A stretch of 64,000 nucleotides of DNA, from positions 1 through 64,000 of IMG/VR virus record IMGVR_UViG_3300009181_000033, one strand, 5' to 3'. The position numbers were made by a program, and so were the translations under genes. Below, piece after piece: positions 61,914-64,000 of the stretch (its first letter is position 1; every line of letters starts with the position of its first letter). The notes under the pieces are model-generated. The model had not been told where the DNA came from, ran no database searches, and saw only the letters and a program-made list of their open reading frames with translations.

Positions 61914-62237
61914 CCTTCTTCTCCTTCAACTTTCACCATTTCATTGATGTAATATGGAATTGCACCTTGTGGAAGAGGTTCAACGGGGAATAAACTCTTT
62001 GCAACCTGATTGTAGTTAATCCTACCTCCGGGCCTCCCCAATGTATCGAGGAAGGGATTGTAAAAATCACCCCATAAAACCCTCCACCTGATTATTGGAG
62101 TTTTTTCTCACAATGGTTCCGGTGGAACTGGAGTAAAGGAAACGAACCATATCTCCAATTTTCCAATCAACCTCATCGAGTAGTTTTCCATCGAGGGTGA
62201 GGAGGGAGGAGATGAATACCGTGTTTATTTCACTCAT
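61910..62237 (-). pseudogene. KOW-domain gene with a single-base insertion (about 62080-62082); C-terminus resembles a capsid-protein peptide
   Basis: ATGA overlaps at both ends; 328 nt = 109 codons + 1; removing one G gives KIGDMVRF..QVEVLWGD..INYNQVAKSLFPVEPLPQGAIPYY. Confidence 0.7.
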
Positions 62238-62419
62238 GATTCTTTCTCCAGTTCCCCTGGGGCGATGATTTGTTCCGGACGGAAATAAATCTGTTTCCCA
62301 TCGGGTAGCAGGGTGAGGTAGGATTGAATCCCATAGGAATTCCACCTTATATCCAGGATTATCCCGGTTCTTGTTGGCTCACCAAAAAAGTTTGTAAAAC
62401 ACAGATCACCAACATCCAT
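62234..62419 (-). CDS. KOW-like small protein
   Basis: MDVGDLCF..TGIILD..YLTLLPDG. Confidence 0.65.
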   Translation of the reverse strand: MDVGDLCFTNFFGEPTRTGIILDIRWNSYGIQSYLTLLPDGKQIYFRPEQIIAPGELEKES

Positions 62420-62431
62420 AACCCTATCCTA

Positions 62432-62701
62432 TCATGGTTCCTCAGGGTTTTGCACCGTTCCTAGAACAATATAGGTTCCATCGGTTACGTAAGAATAGTT
62501 CTCACACCTTCTCATGGGAACTTCGTGTTTAAAAACCGTTCCAGGCCGGGAAGAATGAATCAATAGGATCTTTGAAACACCATCACCAGGAATTCCAGGA
62601 AGTTCACCAACGATTGTATAAATTGTGTTTCTGGATTGGGATAGGATAACATCACCAACCTGTAATTCACTCTCCAGGGCAACGGAACCGATCTCCCTCA
62701 C
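62432..62701 (-). CDS. Small protein, paralog of 60451..60693
   Basis: Shares LQ-x-GDVIL, IYTI-x-GELPGIP and HEVP motifs. Confidence 0.7.
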   Translation of the reverse strand: MREIGSVALESELQVGDVILSQSRNTIYTIVGELPGIPGDGVSKILLIHSSRPGTVFKHEVPMRRCENYSYVTDGTYIVLGTVQNPEEP

Positions 62702-62703
62702 CG

Positions 62704-62886
62704 TTACCCCACAAGGTGTTTATCGTGGCGGAATTCTGTTAGGATCTCCCACAGGAGGGCCGGAAGTGAATCATGGATGTGAAGGTAACCTGGTATACCA
62801 TCATACATGCAACACCAGGCCGGGCCAGGTGAAATAACTCCGGGCTTTTCTCTCCAAATCCTGAATGATTTCATTAGGTTAAACAT
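62704..62886 (-). CDS. Small protein, paralog of 60693..60830
   Basis: KPG-x-IS-x-G-x2-WCC..GYL-x-I..LW..DKHLVG*. Confidence 0.7.
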   Translation of the reverse strand: MFNLMKSFRIWREKPGVISPGPAWCCMYDGIPGYLHIHDSLPALLWEILTEFRHDKHLVG

Positions 62887-63099
62887 TCAACTACGAATTT
62901 CTAGTTCAGCTTCGAGTTCGGTGATTTGCCTTTTTAATTCAGCAATTTGTAATCTAATCTGAGCGGTGGAAAGATTACTAAAATCTTTTGGTTTAGGTAA
63001 ACCAATCATTCTACTTTTTTCTTTCTTATCTTCGGTTAGTTGGGCTCGCTTAATTTCTTCTGTAATAATCTGCTTAAGTTGTGCTGCGGTGATTTTCAT
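62887..63099 (-). CDS. Putative internal head protein (QLRxII leader family)
   Basis: MKITAAQLKQIITEEIKRAQLTE; ATATTTA 5 nt upstream (63105-63111). Confidence 0.65.
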   Translation of the reverse strand: MKITAAQLKQIITEEIKRAQLTEDKKEKSRMIGLPKPKDFSNLSTAQIRLQIAELKRQITELEAELEIRS

Positions 63100-63244
63100 G
63101 GTGATAAATATATCTCCTAATTAAAAATGTCAGTGAAGTTGAAAATATCATATACTGATGATTAGCAACGCGAGGTGTATCATAGGGATATTTATTTATT
63201 GTGAGTTAGAGAAAAGATACGGCCTTGTGCCGTATCATGAATCG

Positions 63245-63649
63245 TCATATTCTATCATGCTGAGTTTCAATGTATTTTTTCACACTTTCTTCGTTGGTTT
63301 CTCCAACAGATCCGTAGAAGGTTCCTCTACTCCACAAACCTGATCCCCAAAATTTTCTACCTTTTAGTTTTGGAAACTTAGTGAAGATATACACAGCTGA
63401 TATTGATTTCAACGTTTTTGCTATTTCTATCGGAGCTGTTTGATGATCCGCCTGAACAAAAATGTGAACATGATCTGGCATCACTTCAATGGTATGTAAT
63501 AGCCAACCATATTCTCCACAAGTTTCTGCAATGATATGTTTTGTCTCGACAGCAATATCATCTTTTAACACTGCATGTCGATATTTTGGGCACCAAACGA
63601 TGTGATAACCGAGTGAATGAACGCAATTATTTTCTGATATTTTTTGCAT
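63245..63649 (-). CDS. tnpA: IS200-type Y1 HUH transposase TnpA
   Basis: YHIVWCPKYR, EVMPDHVHIFV (HUH), LKSISA, LWSRG-x-F, VKKYIETQ (catalytic Tyr); start re-called at MQKISEN. Confidence 0.93.
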   Translation of the reverse strand: MQKISENNCVHSLGYHIVWCPKYRHAVLKDDIAVETKHIIAETCGEYGWLLHTIEVMPDHVHIFVQADHQTAPIEIAKTLKSISAVYIFTKFPKLKGRKFWGSGLWSRGTFYGSVGETNEESVKKYIETQHDRI

Positions 63650-63668
63650 ATTGGTTATACTTATAAAC

Positions 63669-64000
63669 GTGAACAGGACGATCAAGGTAAAATTACAACT
63701 TTCTGATGCAGATGTTCTCTCGCTTAGAGAAACTCAGAAGATTGTTTCGTCCTGCTTCAACGATCACGTAGCTTGGTCATTTAAGAAGAAGTCTTGGTCG
63801 AAGTTAACTGCCCATAAAGATCTCTATTTCTCACAGAGAGAAAAATTCCCTCAACTTCCGTCTGCAATGTTGCAATCCACAAGAGATACAGCTCTTGAAT
63901 CTGTAAAAGCGTTAAAATTCAAGTTTCAGCCTAAGAAATCTGAAAACAGCGGGATTAGGTACGATAAGAGATTGTTCTCACTAAGAGGAGAACAACTTAC
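63669..64000 (+). CDS. tnpB: TnpB (IS605 OrfB) N-terminus, partial; not in ORF track
   Basis: GTG start; MNRTIKVKLQ..CFNDHVAW..LHKDLY-like..FPQLPSAMLQS..ALESVK..IRYDKRLFSL; open to the window end. Confidence 0.8.
   Translation, partial: MNRTIKVKLQLSDADVLSLRETQKIVSSCFNDHVAWSFKKKSWSKLTAHKDLYFSQREKFPQLPSAMLQSTRDTALESVKALKFKFQPKKSENSGIRYDKRLFSLRGEQL

Larger units (their letters stand above)
63196..64000 (+). mobile_element. IS200/IS605-family element, IS605-type divergent tnpA/tnpB, truncated by window end
   Basis: Left-end hairpin GATACGGC-CTTGT-GCCGTATC (63216-63236); Y1 tnpA on minus, tnpB on plus; left boundary approximate. Confidence 0.85.

Noticed and set aside
62070-62090. Programmed -1 frameshift at G GGT TTT
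   Set aside because: The coherent downstream frame is +1, not -1; a single-base insertion explains it
59700-62440. Recurrent GAACC immediately before ATG in several early genes
   Set aside because: Only about 5 cases, partly explained by GGA-type SD sequences and overlapping Glu-Pro codons; too weak to call a signal
1-64000. Stop-codon recoding (alternative genetic code)
   Set aside because: Long intact ORFs (up to 1153 aa) in the standard code, with TAA, TAG and TGA all used as coupled stops

Overview
This is a 64-kb segment of a jumbo (huge) tailed-phage genome, most likely a contractile-tailed myovirus. It uses the standard genetic code and contains no host housekeeping operons. Positions 1-13 kb (+) hold a glycan-synthesis cluster: gmd, fcl, GT10- and GT23/NodZ-like fucosyltransferases, GT2, two GT4 enzymes, a phosphoribulokinase-like kinase/class II aldolase fusion, a nucleotidyltransferase and a HAD phosphatase, plus a Cas4/RecB-like nuclease. 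Positions 13-31 kb (+) hold a gp55-like late sigma factor and the baseplate/tail module. Positions 31-49 kb are mostly on the minus strand: TilS, tRNA-Leu, a Pth2-like gene, NADAR, a YadA-repeat fibre, DNA ligase, an RpoD-like sigma, a deaminase, an endolysin, tRNA-Asn and several decayed tRNAs. An IS607 element (tnpA+tnpB) lies at 49.2-51.1 kb, two more fibre genes at 52-55.5 kb, a dense array of small early-type genes at 56-63 kb, and a partial IS605 element at the right edge. The most notable observations are: (i) an RpoD-like sigma lacking its region 4.2 helix-turn-helix, with a stand-alone sigma4-like HTH gene two ORFs downstream and five promoters with a non-canonical GTGHAM-N18-TA consensus (possible split sigma); (ii) an ATANTTA motif 4-8 nt upstream of eight start codons (probable late promoter giving leaderless mRNAs); (iii) five proteins sharing an N-terminal MKIT-x-x-QLRRIIxEE leader (probable capsid-targeting signal); (iv) an IS607 whose empty site and omegaRNA can be reconstructed; (v) an expansion of about 12 KOW/SH3-like microproteins, one carrying a capsid-protein-like peptide hidden by a frameshift. 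All family assignments come from motif recognition by eye; no database searches were run.
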